64,000 bases of DNA, taken from contig CAWAQN010000017.1 in NCBI GenBank assembly GCA_963784225.1, forward strand, positions 151,272 to 215,271, written 5' to 3'. Under the pieces are notes generated by a model. That model had not been told where the DNA came from. It saw only the letters and a list, made by a program, of their open reading frames with translations, and ran no database searches. The DNA is from an uncultured Gammaproteobacteria bacterium (GTDB lineage: Bacteria > Pseudomonadota > Gammaproteobacteria > Steroidobacterales > Steroidobacteraceae). Positions 1 to 10,588 of the stretch are shown piece by piece. Each line of letters starts with the position of its first letter. Positions within the stretch are counted from its first letter, which is position 1. Made by a program: the position numbers and the translations under genes.

Positions 1-1560
1 GTGGCCGAGCGCCACGCGCAGCGCCGGCGCGTAAACACCGTGAATGGCCCGCATCAGCACCTGCAACGCGCGGTTGCCCTCGGCCGCGGCACCCGCCGCC
101 GGCAGTAGCCGGCTCGCGAGGAAAGGTATGACGGTCAGCGCCACGAACAGCGAAGCCGCGACCGTGTACAGCACCGCGGCGGGCAGCGACCTTATGAAAA
201 GGCCTGCGCCCTCCGGCAGGAACAGCAGTGGCAGGAACGCGAACAGCAGTGTCGCCGTGCAACCGAGCACCGCAAGTGCAATCTGGTCGGTCGCGGCGAT
301 CGCCGCCTCGGCTCGCGAGTAACCCTGCCGCAGGTAGCGCGCTATGTTCTCGACGACCACGATCGAATCGTCGACGAGCAGGCCGAGCGCGAGCACGAAC
401 CCGGCGATCGAAAGCTGGTTCAACGAGAACCCCGTGAAATACAGGGCTGCCAGCCCGATCGATAATGACAGCGGTATCGAGATCATCACGACGAGCCCTG
501 CGCGCAAGCCGAGCGGGACCAGCGTGAGGGCGACGAGCGCAATTGCGACGCTGAAATCGAGGCCCAATCGCGTGAGCCGGTGACTCACGTTGCGAGTCTG
601 GTCGAAGCCGCGCTCGAGCACGATGTTCGGCGGCAGCCGGCGCTCGAAGGCGTCGACCTGCGCGTAGATGCCGTTACGCACCTTGAACACGTCCACGCGA
701 TCCTTCGCGTTGGCCGTGATCCAGATCGCGCGCTTGCCATTGAAGCGGCCGAGATGCAGTTCCTCGGCGGCTGCCCAGCTCACGCCGGCGACGTCCCGCA
801 GTCGCACGACGCGGCCGTTGCGGCTGGCCACGACCGTCTGTGCAACTTCATCGAGCGAGTCGTAGCTGCCCGAAGTCTTCAGGTTGAACTTGCGCAGGCC
901 GACATCGACGGCGCCACCGGGAATCGTCGCATTCTCGCCTTCGACGGCGGTCTCGATCTGGCCGAGCGTCACTCCCGAGCGACCCATGCGCTCCAGGTCG
1001 ACCGCAATACGGATTTCCGGTTCCGGGAACGCCCAGATACGGCTGCTGCGCACACCCGGTACTGTCTCGATGCCGTCGCTCAGCGACTCGCCGAGTTCCT
1101 TCAGCTCGCGATAGCTCGCATCGGGACTCACCAGCGCGAGCTGCACGATGTTCACGAGACCGGAGCCTGCCTTGCGCACCTCGAGACTTGCGATGTCCGG
1201 CGGCAGCGCAGACCGGATGCGGTTCACCTCGCGTACGACTTCGTCGTATTTCTCGTCCGCGTCCTGGTCCCAGTGAAACTCGATCTGGATCACGCCGACG
1301 CCATCGAGCGAGCGGCTGTCCATGCGCTTGATGTCGTCCAGCTCGCTGATCGCGTCCTCGATCGGATCGACGATCAGCCGTTCGATGTCGATCGGGTCCG
1401 CGCCAGGGTAGGTGACGATCACCGTCGGCACGGGCGCGTGAAATTCCGGGTCCTCGGAACGCGGAATGTTCTGCAGCGTGCTGTAGCCCACCGCAATCAG
1501 CAGTGCGAACAGCAGCAGCGTGAACTGCCAGCGCTTTACCGCGAATGCCCAGATGCGCAT
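1..1560 (-). CDS. Efflux RND transporter permease subunit (AcrB/CzcA family), N-terminal ~520 aa; continues beyond window start
   Basis: Minus frame open from ATG at 1560 to the window edge (no stop, so absent from ORF track). N-terminus MRIWAFAVKRWQFTLLLFAL. Starts 4 nt after the stop of the adaptor gene. Confidence 0.85.
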   Translation of the reverse strand, partial: MRIWAFAVKRWQFTLLLFALLIAVGYSTLQNIPRSEDPEFHAPVPTVIVTYPGADPIDIERLIVDPIEDAISELDDIKRMDSRSLDGVGVIQIEFHWDQDADEKYDEVVREVNRIRSALPPDIASLEVRKAGSGLVNIVQLALVSPDASYRELKELGESLSDGIETVPGVRSSRIWAFPEPEIRIAVDLERMGRSGVTLGQIETAVEGENATIPGGAVDVGLRKFNLKTSGSYDSLDEVAQTVVASRNGRVVRLRDVAGVSWAAAEELHLGRFNGKRAIWITANAKDRVDVFKVRNGIYAQVDAFERRLPPNIVLERGFDQTRNVSHRLTRLGLDFSVAIALVALTLVPLGLRAGLVVMISIPLSLSIGLAALYFTGFSLNQLSIAGFVLALGLLVDDSIVVVENIARYLRQGYSRAEAAIAATDQIALAVLGCTATLLFAFLPLLFLPEGAGLFIRSLPAAVLYTVAASLFVALTVIPFLASRLLPAAGAAAEGNRALQVLMRAIHGVYAPALRVALGH

Positions 1561-1563
1561 GCG

Positions 1564-2628
1564 CTAGCCCCGGTCGGCGCTGACGACACGCACGGCGCGA
1601 CCATCCGTCAGCCAGGCGGCGCCATCGGTGATGATCTGTTCGCCGGCGACCAGTCCCGTCATGACCACAACCTGCTCGCCGATGATCGGGCCCAGCGCGA
1701 CCTGCTTGCGCCGCGCTACGTTATTCCGCGGATCCAGCACGTACACGATGGCGAGGGGGCCGTCCGCTTCGACCAACGCCGACACCGGCACGAGCGTGGC
1801 CCCGCCAGCGACGGTCGCTGACTCGGCGAGTTCGAGCCCGACTTTTGCCACGAGCCCGCGCGCGAAGCGTGCGCCGGCTGGCTGCACCTCAATCTCCACT
1901 TCGAAGGTGCCGGTCTGCCGATCCGCAGAGGCGCCGACCCGCGTGATCCTGCCCGCGAACGTGCGCCCCGGGAACGCGTCGAACAGGACTTCGGCCGCGT
2001 CGCCGATCGCGACACGCATCGCGTCACGGTCCGAAAGCCCGGTGCGCACGACCCAGCCGGAATCGGTCGCACCGAGGATCAGCACGGGCTGGCCTGGCTG
2101 CACGAGTTCGCCGGCCTCGGCCAGGCGATCGAAGATCACGCCGTCGGCTGGGGCGTCGATTCGCGCGAAGCTCGCATTGAAGCGCACGGCCTCGAGGTTG
2201 GACCGGGCAACGTTGTACGCCGTGCCAAGATCCTCGACCTGCTCCTCGGTCGCCACTTCGTCTGCGCGCAGGCGCCGGGCTCGCTCGAGATCGCGGCGCG
2301 CTTTCTCCACCGCCTCGGCGGCCTGGGCCACCGAAGCCTCGACTTCGGCCCGCTTCAGCGCGGCCAGCGGCTGGCCGCGTTTAACCACGTCGCCGCTATC
2401 GACCAGCATGGTCTCGATGAGGCCGCCGACCTTGAAGGCGAGTTTCAACTCGTTGCGTGGCGCAAGCACGCCGACCGCGCGGGTCTGCTGTGCAGCGCTC
2501 GCGTCCATCACCACGGCCGCGCGCACGGCCGCCGGTGGCACGGGTGGAAGTTCAGACGTCGCCGCGTTGCCGCAAGCGACGAGCCACGCGGTGACGGCAA
2601 CGAGTATCGAAGCCCGGACGAACATCAT
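1564..2628 (-). CDS. Efflux RND transporter periplasmic adaptor subunit (MFP/HlyD family)
   Basis: Intact 354-aa ORF with lipoprotein-type signal (..WLVACG). Typical MFP coiled-coil and barrel regions. 4-nt overlap with the upstream OMF gene. Confidence 0.85.
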   Translation of the reverse strand: MMFVRASILVAVTAWLVACGNAATSELPPVPPAAVRAAVVMDASAAQQTRAVGVLAPRNELKLAFKVGGLIETMLVDSGDVVKRGQPLAALKRAEVEASVAQAAEAVEKARRDLERARRLRADEVATEEQVEDLGTAYNVARSNLEAVRFNASFARIDAPADGVIFDRLAEAGELVQPGQPVLILGATDSGWVVRTGLSDRDAMRVAIGDAAEVLFDAFPGRTFAGRITRVGASADRQTGTFEVEIEVQPAGARFARGLVAKVGLELAESATVAGGATLVPVSALVEADGPLAIVYVLDPRNNVARRKQVALGPIIGEQVVVMTGLVAGEQIITDGAAWLTDGRAVRVVSADRG

Positions 2629-4157
2629 CGGATCGACTCCTCGTCGAGGCGGCGCGTGCCACCGACGGCAAATTCCAGCTCGGCGAGCCGGCCGAGAAAC
2701 TCGGCGCGCACTCGGGTCAGGTTCAGCGCCGCGTCGGTGTATGCGCGGCGCGCATCGATGAACTCGGCCTGGTTGATCTGGCCGAGGTCGCGCTTGCGAC
2801 TCGTGATGCGGAAAGCACCTGACGCTGCTTCCGTGCGCTTGGCCGCGGTTGCGAGCGACGCGTCCGCGACCTCGAGATTCTCCAGCGCCTGCTGTACTTC
2901 GAGTCGCACTTGTTGCGAGGCGAGATCACGCGTGGCCCGCAACTCCGCAGTCAGCGCGCGTGCCTCGCGCAGTGCCGCCTGGTCGGCGCCGCCCCGAAAG
3001 GCGTTCCAGCGCAGCACCAGCGACGCGAGCACGTACCGCTCCTCGACACCGAATCCGTAGTCAGTGCCCTGGATGCCGGCTTCGGCGCCGAGCGCGAGCG
3101 TTGGCTTGAATGCGGCACGCGCGAGGTCCTGCTGCGCCTCGCCGGCCACGATGGCCGCGTCAAGGCTGCGTAACTCCTCGCGCCGATCCGCCGCGAGGTC
3201 CTGCAGCATCGGCGCGTCCAGCCGCCGCCCCGCCAGCGTGCTGACGAAACGGGCGCGGTACCGCTCCACGGTCGCGTCGTCCACCACAGCTTCAGGCAAG
3301 GCGTCGGTCAACGGGGCATTGCGCAGCAGGTTCACATAACTGCGCGCGATGCGCACACGGCTCGCGGCGGCGAGTCGCGATTGCTCGATCTCCAGCACGT
3401 CGGCCTCGGCGCGGTACACGAGGTCACGCGTGACGCGGCCGTTGCGATAGAGGCTTTCGTTCGCGGCGAGGTTGGCGCGCGCCGCGTCGAGCGTCGCGTC
3501 GAGCACGGCGACCCCCTGGTTGGCGGCGAGCCAGGTGTAATAGGCTTGTTTTACGTCGCGCACGATACGAGTGCGCAGTCCTGCGAGATCCGCCTCGGCA
3601 CGGTCGAGTTGCGCGCGGTTCGCGTTGACGGCAGGACCGATACGCGGCTCGTAAATCGGCTGCTCGAGCACGAGCCGCGTTTCCTGCTCGTGTTCGCGCA
3701 ACAGCGGGATCGTTTCGTTCGATACGCGCGGGAAGCGTGCGGGTTGCCCGCTCGCGAGCAGCATTTCATCGAGCGTTGCATACACGGGGTTCAGCAGGTC
3801 ACCGACCGGAAAATCGATCGTGCGGCCGCCATCCGCGACGGTGTATCGCGCGGCGAATTCAAGCACGGGCAGATACCGGGCCCGGGCCTGGTCGAGGGCG
3901 GCCAGCCGTTGCTCGACGCTGGCCCCTCCGGCACGCAGTTCGAGGTTTGCCTGCAATGCTTCGTCGAGCAGCGGCTGCAGTCCGTCCTCGACCCTGAGCT
4001 CCGGGTCGCCGGTCACGGACGGGCCTCCCGCCGCCGTCACGCCGGCAGCGGGCAGGACATCGTTGGACCCTGCTGCGCCGGTCAGCTTCAGCACTGACAG
4101 CGCGAACACGGCACCGAGCTGCCGCACGGCACGACGGCGTGAGGGGTGACTAAGCAT
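2625..4157 (-). CDS. Outer membrane efflux protein (TolC/OprM family)
   Basis: Intact 510-aa ORF with signal-like N-terminus and two OEP-type repeats (..YLPVLEFAARYT.., ..FKPTLALGAEAG..). First gene of the OMF-MFP-RND operon. Confidence 0.8.
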   Translation of the reverse strand: MLSHPSRRRAVRQLGAVFALSVLKLTGAAGSNDVLPAAGVTAAGGPSVTGDPELRVEDGLQPLLDEALQANLELRAGGASVEQRLAALDQARARYLPVLEFAARYTVADGGRTIDFPVGDLLNPVYATLDEMLLASGQPARFPRVSNETIPLLREHEQETRLVLEQPIYEPRIGPAVNANRAQLDRAEADLAGLRTRIVRDVKQAYYTWLAANQGVAVLDATLDAARANLAANESLYRNGRVTRDLVYRAEADVLEIEQSRLAAASRVRIARSYVNLLRNAPLTDALPEAVVDDATVERYRARFVSTLAGRRLDAPMLQDLAADRREELRSLDAAIVAGEAQQDLARAAFKPTLALGAEAGIQGTDYGFGVEERYVLASLVLRWNAFRGGADQAALREARALTAELRATRDLASQQVRLEVQQALENLEVADASLATAAKRTEAASGAFRITSRKRDLGQINQAEFIDARRAYTDAALNLTRVRAEFLGRLAELEFAVGGTRRLDEESIR

Positions 4158-4163
4158 GGCCTT

Positions 4164-4802
4164 TCAGGTTCGAACCGACCGCAGCGCGAGGCCGAAGGCG
4201 TGATCGATGAAAGACTGGACCGGCGTGCCCTCGTGCTCGATCTGCCCGCCCTTGGTCGATGCGATCTGGATCACGCCGTGGCTGAAGGCCCAGAGCGACA
4301 GTGCCGTGACATAGGGATCGCCGAGATCACTGCGCACGGAGCCGTCGGCGATGCCGCGGTTCAACGACGCCACGATGACTTCGTGCACGAGATGTCCGGC
4401 GACCATGCACGCCAGTTCATTGGGGTGCGGTTCGGCACAGGCCGAGCGATGCGCCTGGAAGCGGGCGCAGGCATCGAAGTAATGCGGCCTTTCGCGGGAG
4501 AACAGCAGATAAGCGCGGCCGATGGCTTCGACTTCATCGATTCCGCGGTCATGTCCGCGCTGCGCCTCGATGAATCGCTCGCGCAGGTTGTCGAGCGAGC
4601 GCTCTACGAGGGCGAACAACAGGTCGCCTTTGTCCCGAAAATAGACGTAGACCAGGGCTCGGCTCAGACGCGCGCGCCGGGCCACCTGGTCCATGGTGAC
4701 CGCCTCCCACCCCGACTCGGCATATAGCGATTCCGCGGCATCGACGATCTCCGTGCGACGGCGGTCTTTTTCTTCCTGACGACGTTCGGCGATGTATGAC
4801 AT
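4164..4802 (-). CDS. TetR/AcrR family transcriptional regulator
   Basis: HTH region VTMDQVARRARLSRALVYVYFRDKGDLL. Internal ATG at 4802 (MSYIAERRQEE..) preferred, because the ORF-track start at 4916 would overlap the kef gene end. Confidence 0.8.
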   Translation of the reverse strand: MSYIAERRQEEKDRRRTEIVDAAESLYAESGWEAVTMDQVARRARLSRALVYVYFRDKGDLLFALVERSLDNLRERFIEAQRGHDRGIDEVEAIGRAYLLFSRERPHYFDACARFQAHRSACAEPHPNELACMVAGHLVHEVIVASLNRGIADGSVRSDLGDPYVTALSLWAFSHGVIQIASTKGGQIEHEGTPVQSFIDHAFGLALRSVRT

Positions 4803-4808
4803 GACGGC

Positions 4809-4846
4809 ATATTGGTCTGCCGCTGACACGGTGTCAATCAATTGAC
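4809..4846 (-). promoter_or_regulatory. Putative sigma70 promoter (TTGACA-17-CAATAT) with overlapping palindromic TetR-type operator GTCAAT-CA-ATTGAC
   Basis: Minus strand reads TTGACA (4837-4832), a 17-nt spacer, CAATAT (4814-4809), then 6 nt to the ATG at 4802. Perfect 6-bp inverted arms at 4833-4838 and 4841-4846 overlap the -35. Confidence 0.4.
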
Positions 4847-4912
4847 TGGTGTCTATTATGATCACCCCGCAGGCGGTCCGGCGCTGCGGTGCCAGTCCCG
4901 GGGTTACCCGGG

Positions 4913-6897
4913 TCAACCCATGAGCAGGCGACCCTCGACGTGCTCTATGTCCTCGGGCGCGCCCCAGAGCACGAGCACATCCCCGGCGCGTAACAGCGTC
5001 GTGGGGTCCGGATCGCGGCCGGTGATCCCCTCGCGCCGGATCGCGCTGACGATCACCGGACCATGATCGAGGCCGAGCTCGAGGATTGACCGATCGATGG
5101 CCTGGGCGCCGGGCGGCAGCACGACGGTGTGCAATTGCTGCCGGTGACTGTGGGTTTCGTCGATAGCCCGGGCAGCGCGACGCCGAAAGACACTGCGCAG
5201 GATCGCGTAGCGTTCGTGGCGAATCTCTTCGGTCGTCGCCATCACTTCCTCGGGCGGCACGCGCAGGTACAGCAGCACGTGCGATACGAGCGACAGGCTC
5301 GTCTCGAAAATGGCCGGAACGATCTCCGTTGCGCCCGCGGCCTGCAGCACATCGAGCTGCGTGTCGTCTTCCGTGCGGACCAGCACGGGCACCTCCGTGC
5401 GCAGCTGACGCACGGCGCGCACGATGCGCAACGCCGTGTCGGGGTCCGCAAACGAGACCACGACGACGCTCGCCTGGTCGAGTCCGAGGGCGCGCAGTAC
5501 CTCGGGATGCGTCGCGTCGCCAAAAACCACCGGGTCGCCCGCCAGCCGCGCATCGCGGACGCGGAACGAGTCGAGGTCGAGCGCGATGTACTCGAGGGCG
5601 CGCCGCTCCATCACTCGCGCCAGGTTCTGCCCGACGCGGCCGAAACCGCAGATGATCACGTGGTCACGGCGCGCGATCTCGCGCGTGGCGGCCGTCTCGA
5701 GCGCGATGCCCGACGGCGTGGTCGTCTCGCGCCGCAGGATGCGGTCGGCGATACGCACGTTGTAACGCACGAGGAGCGGCCCGAGCAGCATGCTGAGCGC
5801 CACGGCCGTGAGCAGCGCCTGCACGATCTGCGGGTCGACCGTGTCGCCACGCAACAATAGCGTCAGCAGCGCAAAGCCGAATTCGCCGCCCATGCTCACG
5901 GCGATGCCGGTGCGCAGCGACTTGCGCAGGTTGGGCACGAATTGCCGCACGATGGCCGTGACGATCAGCGACCTTCAGTGACGATCAGCACGAGCAGGAT
6001 CAGCAGCACGAGCGGCAGCTGGCCAAGCAGCTAGTCGCAGGTCGAGCAGCATGCCGACTGAAACGAAGAACAGGCCGAGCAGGATGTCCTGGAACGGCTT
6101 GATGACGGCTTCCGTCTGGTGCTTGAACTCGGTTTCGGCGAGCAGCATGCCGGCCAGGAAGCCGCCGAGTGCCATCGACAGGCCGAGTGCGTGCGTCGCC
6201 CATGCGCCGCCCAGTGCCACGAACAACACGGTCAGCGTGAACGTCTCGGTGCTGCGGTGGCGCGAGATCTCGCGGAACAACGGCCGCAGCAACCAGCGGC
6301 CGACCACGAGCACGACCAGCAGCGCGACGATGGCACGACCCGACCATGCCCAGCAGCCACAGCGGGCCGGGCACGTCGCCCTCGGTGCTCAGCGCCGTCG
6401 CCAGCGCCAGCAAGGGCGCAAACGCCAGGTCCTGGAACAACAGGATGCCCACGGCGAGCCGGGCATGGGTCCGCGCAAGTTCGAGCTGGTCGCCAAGCTG
6501 CCTCACGACGATCGCGGTAGAGGACATCGCCAGCGCGCCGCCGATCACGATCGCCGCTCCAGTCTGCACGCCGAAGCCGAGCGCAATGCCGGCAAACGCG
6601 CCGCCGCAGACCAGCATCTGCAGGCCGCCGATGCCGAGCACCTCGGATTTCATCGCCACCATGCGGCCGAGCGAAAACTCGAGCCCGAGCGTGAAGACCA
6701 GGAACACGATGCCGATTTCGGCCAGGAGCCGCACGGTCGCGTCGTTCGGCACCAGGCCGAGGGCGTGCGGCCCGAGCAGCATGCCCACGACGCAGGTAGC
6801 CGAGGATGGGTGGCAGGTCGAAACGGCGCACGAGGCTCAGCACCAGCAGCGAGCCGGCGAGCAGGACCAGGATCTGCGCCAGGAAGTCGTTTGCCAT
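4913..6897 (-). pseudogene. CPA2 cation:proton antiporter, KefB/KefC-like with C-terminal TrkA-N/TrkA-C (RCK) domains; frame broken at least 3 times
   Basis: ORF pieces 6232..6897 (MANDFLAQILVLL..PPILGYL), 6000..6788 (GMLLGPHALG..), 5975..6313 (GGFLAGMLLAETEF) and 4913..5950 (VIICGFGRVGQ) join only by changing frame. Confidence 0.8.
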
Positions 6898-6963
6898 CGT
6901 GCCTCACGCAGCACTCGAGGCCGATGCTAGCATCCGTGCACTGCAGGAAAGGACCGGAGACGC

Positions 6964-8096
6964 TTGATGACGGTTGGCGAGCGGCCCTTTGCAGCGGATG
7001 CCGAGACCGACCCCGGCTTGCTGCGGATCAAGGGCGATTGCAGCATGTCCGACCTGGAGACGCTCGAGCGCTCGCTTTCGCAATGGCGCGACGCTGGTCC
7101 CCGACGCATCGACCTGACCGCTGCCGGCGAGTTCGACATCGGCCCGGCGTGGTCGATCCACAGCGCTCTGCAGGAAGCCGCAGCGCAAGGCATCGGCGTC
7201 GTCGTGGAAGGCGACCTGCCGCGGCATGCCGCCTACCTCGCCGAACTCGCCGGGCGCAGACCGCACCGACGACGCGCCGCCGGACGAAGCCGGCAGCGAC
7301 TCGTGGCTGGTCGCATTCGGGCGCGCCGTCGAGGCGCGCGGACATACCTGGCTCGAAGCGCTCTCGTTCGGCGGGCAGATCATCGCGACGGCCGGGCTCG
7401 TCCTGGCGCTCGCTGCACGCGCCTGCGCCTGCCTGCGTTCGTGCGCCACGCCTACGAGACCGGCGTGCCAGGCCGTGCCGGTCGTCGCGGTGATCGCGTT
7501 CCTGATCAGCGTGATCTCGGCCTATATCGGCGCGCAGCAGCTGCGGCCCATTCGGCGCAGAGATCTTCACCGTCGACCTCGTCGCGATCGGCGTGCTGCG
7601 CGAACTCGGCGTGCTGCTGACGGCGATCATGGTCGCGGGGCGCACGGGCAGCGCGTACGCGGCGGAGATCGGCGTCATGAAACTCAACGACGAGATCGAC
7701 GCGCTCGAGTCGATGGGCGTCAATCCGTACGAAGTGCTGGTGCTGCCGCGCGTGCTCGGGCTCGTGATCGCGTTGCCGCTGCTCACGTCGTTGCGGATTT
7801 CATGGGCCTGCTCGGCGGCGGCCTGCTGTCGCGCTACCTGCTCGACCTGCCGTGGCCGCAGTTTTTCGCAGCGACTCGAGGAAGCGATCGCGCCGACGAC
7901 GTTCTGGGCGGGCCTCGTCAAGGCGCCGGTGTTCGGCATGCTGATCGCGCTGACCGGCACGTTGCGCGGCCTGCAGGTGCGCGATTCCTCGCGCGAACTC
8001 GGCCGGCTGACGACGGTTGCCGTCGTGCAGTCGATCTTCCTGGTGATCTTCGCCGACGCAATGTTCGCGATCTTGTTCCTCGAGATCGATTTTTGA
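6964..8096 (+). pseudogene. MlaE-family ABC transporter permease with N-terminal STAS-like domain; multiple frame changes
   Basis: Pieces 6964..7620 (STAS-like N-terminus), 7226..8110 and 7593..8096. The last carries LRELGVLLTAIMVAGRTGSAYAAEIGVMKLNDEIDALESMG and the C-terminus ..FLEIDF. Confidence 0.75.
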
Positions 8097-8106
8097 GGCG
8101 GCGCGC

Positions 8107-8896
8107 ATGAACGACCCGACGTCGTCATCGCGGTGCGCGACATCGTCAATACGCTTCGGCACGCAGGCGGTGCACGACGGCGTCTGCTTCGACGTGTGCG
8201 CCGGGCGAAGTGTTCGGCATCGTCGGCGGCTCGGGCAGCGGCAAGTCCGTGCTGCTGAAGACGATGCTCGGGCTGCGCATACCCGAACGCCGGCGTCGTC
8301 GAAGTCGAAGGCCGCGACATCACGCGGATGTCCGGACCGGAGTTGCGCGAGGTCAAGCGCCGGTACGGCGTCACGTTCCAGCACGGCGCGTTGTTCACGT
8401 CGCTGACGGTGGCGGAGAACGTGATCCTGCCGGTCGTCGAGGCGCTGCGGCTCGAGGAAGTCGACACTCGCAGAGCTCGTCGAGTTGCGGCTGCGCATGG
8501 TCGGGTTGCCGGTCGAAGCGCGGGCGAAGTTTCCGGCGCAGCTCTCCGGCGGCATGATCAAGCGTGCCGCGCTGGCGCGGGCATTGGCACTCGATCCGGT
8601 GCTGCTGTTCCTCGACGAGCCGACGGCCGGCCTCGACCCGATCGCGGCGACCGCGTTCGACGAACTCGTGCTTTACCTGCGCAAGCACGCTCGGACTGAC
8701 GGTCGTGATGGTGACTCACGATCTGGACACCCTCGCGCGGACATGTGATCGTGTCGCGGTGCTGGTCGATCGCAAAGTCATCGTGGATACGCTGGAGGGC
8801 ATCGTCGCGCAACGAACACCCCTGGATCCGTGAATACTTCCACGGCGCGCGCGGCCGCGCGCTCGACGCTCGATGCAGGGACCAGCCGTGGAGCGT
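8107..8896 (+). pseudogene. ABC transporter ATP-binding protein (MlaF-like); at least 3 frame changes, 3' end approximate
   Basis: Walker A GGSGSGKS (piece 8210..), signature LSGGMIKRAALARAL and Walker B LLFLDEPTAGLDP (8485..), and VVMVTHDLDT (8564..) lie in different frames. Confidence 0.8.
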
Positions 8897-9841
8897 GACG
8901 CGAAATACGCCAGCCGTCGCGCTCTTTGCGCTCGCCTGCATCGCTCGCGGCGGTCGCGTTCGTCTGGTGGTACTCGGGCCGCGGCGACCGGCGCGATTAC
9001 ACAGCCGTACGAAATCTATTTCAGGGCACCGTCAGCGGCCTGTCCAAGGGCAGCCCCGTGCGCTACCTCGGCGTCGACGTCGGCCGCGTCACGCAGCTGT
9101 CGGTCGACAAGTCCGACCCGGGCCGCGTGCAAGGTCGGTCGCCGAGATCGACGCGACGGCGCCCGATTTCCGGCTGCCACGCCAGGCGAAGCTCGGCCTG
9201 CTCGGGCTCACCGGGCCTGCTCTACATCGACCTGCAGCAGAACGTCCGAAGCGGCGCAGCCAACGGGCGATTGCCGCCGGGCGAGCAGTATCCCGGTCAT
9301 TGCCGGCGCGCAAGGGCAGCATCGAAGCGTCCGCTCGAGCGACTGCCGGAGATCCTGGGCCAGGCCACCGAGATCATGGCGCGGCTCGAGCGGTGCTCGG
9401 CGATCGCAACGTCAACGCGGTCGCCACGACGCTGTCGAACATCGGAGAAGGCGTCGGCCGACTTGCCGCGACTCATCGCGACAGGCCAGCGCGCTCGCGG
9501 CCGACCTGCATCGCATTTCCGACTCGACGGTCGAACTCACCACGCGCCTCGAACCGGACGCTCGATCGCACGGAGCCCGCACTGAACGACGTGCTTGCCA
9601 ACGCGCGCGTCGCCTCGGAAAAACTGGCACGCACCGCCGAGGGCCTCGACCGGTTGGTCAATGGCAATAACGGCGCGTTCGGCACGGTCGGCCGGCTCGA
9701 GCGTCGGGCGAACTGCAGCAACTGGCGATCGATGCGCGCGCCGCCAGCAACGAGATGCGCGAACTCGCGCGTACGCTGCGCGAGCGTCCGTCGAGCTTGC
9801 TGCTCGAGCCGCAATCGTCCGGCGTGGAGATTCCGCGATGA
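8873..9841 (+). pseudogene. MCE/MlaD-family periplasmic substrate-binding protein; frame-broken
   Basis: Piece 8926..9585 carries GLSKGSPVRYLGVDVGRVTQLSVD (MCE core). The C-terminal coiled region continues in other frames, ending ..GVEIPR with a TGA overlapping the next ATG (ATGA at 9838). Confidence 0.7.
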
Positions 9842-10530
9842 GCATCGACGCCGTCACGCTCGGCGCTGGCGCCTCGCTCCTGGTCGCCGCGTCGCTGCAG
9901 AGTCGGCGTGCGACGGCGAACCTGCTGCGATCGGACGACAGATGCCGCCCGATACGTACCGGCTGCGTGTACGCGCTCGCGGCCGAACGGCACAGCCGAC
10001 GCGACGCGCGACTGCGCGCCTGGCGCTGCACGGTCGCGCGTCCGCGGGCACGGCACGCGCTCGACACCGATCGGATCGCCGTCGCCCCGGGCGGCAACCG
10101 TTTCGATTACTACGCCGATGCGCGCTGGGCGGAGACTGCGCCGCAGATGTTGCAGCAGAACCTGGTCGATGCACTCGACGGCCGCCGGTCGCTTCGGGCG
10201 GCGTCTGCGCCGCGCCGGCGCGCGTGCCGCCGAGATGCTGCTCGACGTGGAACTGCGGCGCTTCGAAGCCGTGCCGCGGCCGGCGGACGGATCGCGCCCG
10301 TCGTCCACGTGCAGATGCAGGCGAGCCTGGTCGATTCGCGGCGCGCTGCGCGCGTCACGAGCTTCGTGAGCGAGGCCAGCGTGCCCGCCAGTGAAAACCG
10401 CATGAGCGCCGTCGTCGCCGCGTTCGAGGCGGCCAGCGCAAAAGTGATCGAAGATGTCGTCCAGCGCCTGCGCGACGCGCCCGTGAGCGTCGACTCGCCG
10501 CGGCCTGCCAAAGCTGCTGCAACACCCTGA
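9838..10530 (+). pseudogene. ABC-type transport auxiliary lipoprotein (PqiC/DUF330-like); compensated frame changes
   Basis: LDTDRIAVAPGGNRFDYYADARWAETAPQMLQQNLVDAL is in frame 9595..10530. The expected ..EMLLDVELRRFEAV.. segment is only in frame 9908..10369. Confidence 0.6.
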
Positions 10531-10588
10531 GGGCGGCTCAAGCTCCGAGCAGATCCAGCGCGCTGGCGCGCAGTCCCGGCGAGGCCAG

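Noticed and set aside
4165-4182. tRNA T-arm-like string GGTTCGAACC
   Set aside because: It lies inside the TetR coding sequence (encodes ..LRSVRT*). No acceptor or anticodon stems can be drawn around it. I found no tRNA or rRNA anywhere in the window.
5958-5989. 12-nt direct repeat GTGACGATCAGC at 5958-5969 and 5978-5989
   Set aside because: It encodes a repeated ..LIVT..LIVT.. stretch of a transmembrane helix in the kef-like gene. It is not a tandem-repeat element, CRISPR or insertion scar.
6051-8467. Long overlapping ORFs 6051..7493 (+, 480 aa) and 7028..8467 (-, 479 aa)
   Set aside because: Both are antisense or out of frame relative to the motif-supported kef-like and Mla-like genes. 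Their sequences are Arg/Ser/Pro-rich without domains. They are GC-driven spurious ORFs.
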